Source of the DNA: Candidatus Bathyarchaeia archaeon
Lineage (GTDB): Archaea > Thermoproteota > Bathyarchaeia > Bathyarchaeales > Bathycorpusculaceae
Assembly (NCBI GenBank): GCA_049515895.1
Contig: JBEKTQ010000024.1
Location: 1 to 61,417, forward strand
Direction: 5' to 3'
Length of the DNA stretch: 61,417 bases
In this document: positions 60,103 through 61,417 of the stretch, piece by piece
Numbering within the stretch: the first letter of the stretch is position 1
How the letters are laid out: each line of letters starts with the position of its first letter
Position numbers and translations under genes: made by a program
The notes under the pieces: generated by a model
Seen by the model: only the letters and a program-made list of their open reading frames with translations
Told to the model about the DNA's origin: nothing
Database searches by the model: none

Positions 60103-60233
60103 ACTACCGTATTTTCAACGTAAAGGCATTTTCTAGATATTTTTCTCACTGGGTTCTCCAAGTTTATTTGAAGTATAGTTTCTCGATTCATAAATCCTAA
60201 TACCTTCGAGAACAAATTCTTCTCTGAAGGTTC

Positions 60234-60563
60234 ATGTCTGCGGTTACAACAGAAGTCTCAAGATTTGATGCCGAAAATGCAACGGCTATGACAATTGACT
60301 TCTTAAAAAGGCTGGGGTATAAAGGAAGCTGGTTGCCAATGAAGGTTTCTCTTGATGGAGAATTATACGTGGTTGAAATGATGCTTCATAGGTTAACCGC
60401 TAAAGTGCAGATAAATTCTAATACCAAAGAGATAAAAGAATACGAATTCCAAGAAAGCGAAGCAACATCAAACTCATTGTTCAAATCAAAAGGAAAACTA
60501 ATATTTCTTGTTGCCGCAATTTCAATAGCCATTGTTGTGATGAAAGTGATCGGTGTTTTTTGA
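60234..60563 (+). CDS. Hypothetical protein, PepSY-like domain with C-terminal TM segment
   Basis: DAENA...YVVEM..KVQINSNTKEIKEY. Confidence 0.65.
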   Translation: MSAVTTEVSRFDAENATAMTIDFLKRLGYKGSWLPMKVSLDGELYVVEMMLHRLTAKVQINSNTKEIKEYEFQESEATSNSLFKSKGKLIFLVAAISIAIVVMKVIGVF

Positions 60564-60820
60564 ATTAGCAAATGTTCATTTCTCTGAGATAGTTTTCGGA
60601 CGTCAATCAATGCTTCGCATTTTTTTCAAGAAAACTGGATCATCCTCTTGACCGTAAATAAGTCCAAATATAATATTAGACAACCTTAGATTTAACAAAA
60701 ATGCAGAATAGAATAATTTTTGTATACTTCAAAAGATTGTTTTAGCCAGCTTGAAAATAAAAATACGGAAATAAAAGTTTAAAACCTCATGCACGCGCAC
60801 TCCTCCTATTTAATTAAGAG

Positions 60821-61417
60821 TTAGGTCAACTGAGGGGGTAAATTTTTGTTTAATCCGTTTAGAACAATTTTCGTTTCGCGCTTCTTTACAATAATAAACA
60901 CAGACAAGACCAATATCATAAAGACAACTAACGTAATTCCTAACAATTGGTAAGGAAATTCTGGAACTGTTGGAGACGGAGAAGCAGTCGGTGTTGGCGT
61001 TGGAGTTGGGGTTAAAGTTGAAGCGGATGTTGGAGTCACAGTGACCGAAGCGGTGACAGTCGCGGCAGTAGACGGAACCGAAGTCGCACCTAAATTGTCA
61101 GTAACCGTTACAGTAACCGAGTAAGAACCCGAAGAAGAAAGAGAAAAATTAAACGTTGATGCAGTTTGACCACTCTGAGCAGCCCCACCCACATACCACA
61201 CATAAGCGTCGTATAATCCTGAACCCCCGCTAGGAGTAGCGGTAAACAGTTGAGACTGACCAACATTCAAAATAGCAAATCCAGGAGAGATAGTAACAGT
61301 CGGAGCAGCATTCACCATAACCGTTGCAGAACTCGAGTTTACCACTGCCGAAGCGGCATCAATGACCTCAAGCTCAAAACTCCAAGTTCCAGTTGCAGTA
61401 GAACCAGAAGTAACAAA
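60821..61417 (-). CDS. C-terminal part of a PEF-CTERM surface protein with PKD/Ig-like repeats; begins beyond the window
   Basis: YVWYV..GSYSVTVTVTD, PT linker, TVPEF, TM segment, KKR. Confidence 0.88.
   Translation of the reverse strand, partial: FVTSGSTATGTWSFELEVIDAASAVVNSSSATVMVNAAPTVTISPGFAILNVGQSQLFTATPSGGSGLYDAYVWYVGGAAQSGQTASTFNFSLSSSGSYSVTVTVTDNLGATSVPSTAATVTASVTVTPTSASTLTPTPTPTPTASPSPTVPEFPYQLLGITLVVFMILVLSVFIIVKKRETKIVLNGLNKNLPPQLT

Overview
Archaeal chromosomal segment, most consistent with Bathyarchaeia (inferred from rps30e, a PolB3-type polymerase, gatDE, elp3, archaeal dnaG/ychF/apgM/tyrS, an Mch homologue, many stand-alone Lrp/AsnC domains and PEF-CTERM surface proteins). 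A housekeeping core (about 30-43.7 kb and 49.9-51.5 kb) is flanked by accessory regions holding surface proteins, a glucose-type ABC importer, small regulators and several pseudogenes. I found no rRNA, tRNA, CRISPR array, integrase or transposase. The main unexplained signals are: (1) seven (GC)4-5 runs confined to 12-28 kb, mostly at stop codons, truncation points or module junctions; (2) a perfect 28-bp inverted repeat with a palindromic core enclosing a 3.25-kb transposase-free segment; (3) two genes, including dnaG, that appear to start at ACG; (4) a cluster of a degenerate Mch, three Lrp/AsnC domains (one fused to flavodoxin), a KaiC-type ATPase and a candidate structured RNA; (5) a PolB with all three proofreading motifs lost. 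All calls come from reading motifs by eye, with no database searches.
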